From: an uncultured Verrucomicrobiae bacterium
GTDB taxonomy: Bacteria > Verrucomicrobiota > Verrucomicrobiia > Chthoniobacterales > UBA10450
Length of the DNA: 64,000 nucleotides
Direction: 5' to 3'
Assembly (NCBI GenBank): GCA_963726745.1
Contig: CAVSDR010000003.1
Span: 416,001-480,000, forward strand
The position numbers and the translations under genes were made by a program. Under the pieces are notes generated by a model. The model was not told where the DNA came from, searched no databases, and was given only the letters and a program-made list of their open reading frames with translations. Shown here piece after piece: positions 63,638 to 64,000 of this stretch; position 1 is the first letter of the stretch, and each line of letters opens with the position of its first letter.

Positions 63638-64000
63638 CTAAATCCCCAGCTGCTGGCTGGAGAGGTAAAAATAGAGGCCGCGCTGCGCCATCAATTCGTC
63701 GTGGTTCCCCACTTCCGCGACCTTGCCCTTCTCGAGAACCACGATCGAGTCCGCCTCGCGAATCGTGCTCAAGCGATGCGCGATCACGATCGTCGTCCGG
63801 CCGGCCATCAGACGGCTCAAGTTATCCTGGATGGCGCGCTCGCTTTCAGTGTCGAGCGCGCTCGTCGCCTCGTCGAAAATCAGCACCGGCGGGTTGTTAT
63901 AGATCGCGCGCGCGATCGCGATGCGCTGCTTTTGGCCGCCGGAAAGCGAAAGGCCGCTCTCGCCGATCTTGGTCTCGTAGCCCATCGGCAGGCGCATGAT
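63638..64000 (-). CDS. Type I secretion/peptide-export ABC transporter, C-terminal ATPase part (runs off right edge)
   Basis: [45 protein letters not shown]. Confidence 0.88.
   Translation of the reverse strand: MMRLPMGYETKIGESGLSLSGGQKQRIAIARAIYNNPPVLIFDEATSALDTESERAIQDNLSRLMAGRTTIVIAHRLSTIREADSIVVLEKGKVAEVGNHDELMAQRGLYFYLSSQQLGI

Overview
GC-rich (roughly 65%, by eye) chromosomal segment. Gene content points to Verrucomicrobiota, probably Chthoniobacterales/Spartobacteria (ECF sigma + Ser/Thr kinase pair, dockerin-tailed secreted protein, DUF2851, pseudopilin); this is inference, not a database result. Most of the window is housekeeping and stress genes (ubiE/menG, bamD, lptE, serS, PBP1A, ispH, acnA, cls, CDF, CLC), three tRNAs (Leu-CAG, Gly-CCC, His-GTG) and RNase P RNA. 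About 12 apparent single-base frameshifts in 10 genes, including essential serS, look like uncorrected long-read errors. Two signals stand out. (1) A non-palindromic motif (G)CCTAACGA / TCGTTAGG(C) occurs at least 36 times (counted by eye; 18 per strand; about 1 expected). It forces rare TTA/CTA/AGG codons inside genes, supplies stop codons and sits in an rnpB loop, which resembles a DNA-uptake-sequence-like or other genome-wide signal that I do not recognise. (2) At the right end, three tandem small ORFs share a DL.P.K...GG double-glycine leader and lie directly downstream of an ABC exporter, an HlyD adaptor and a sigma-54 activator, facing a glycosyltransferase and a YdjC deacetylase: a candidate uncharacterised secreted-peptide/RiPP system. 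Also present are a small lower-GC defence islet (hicBA, Mrr-like nuclease), an internally deleted SIR2-like gene and a candidate structured leader RNA.
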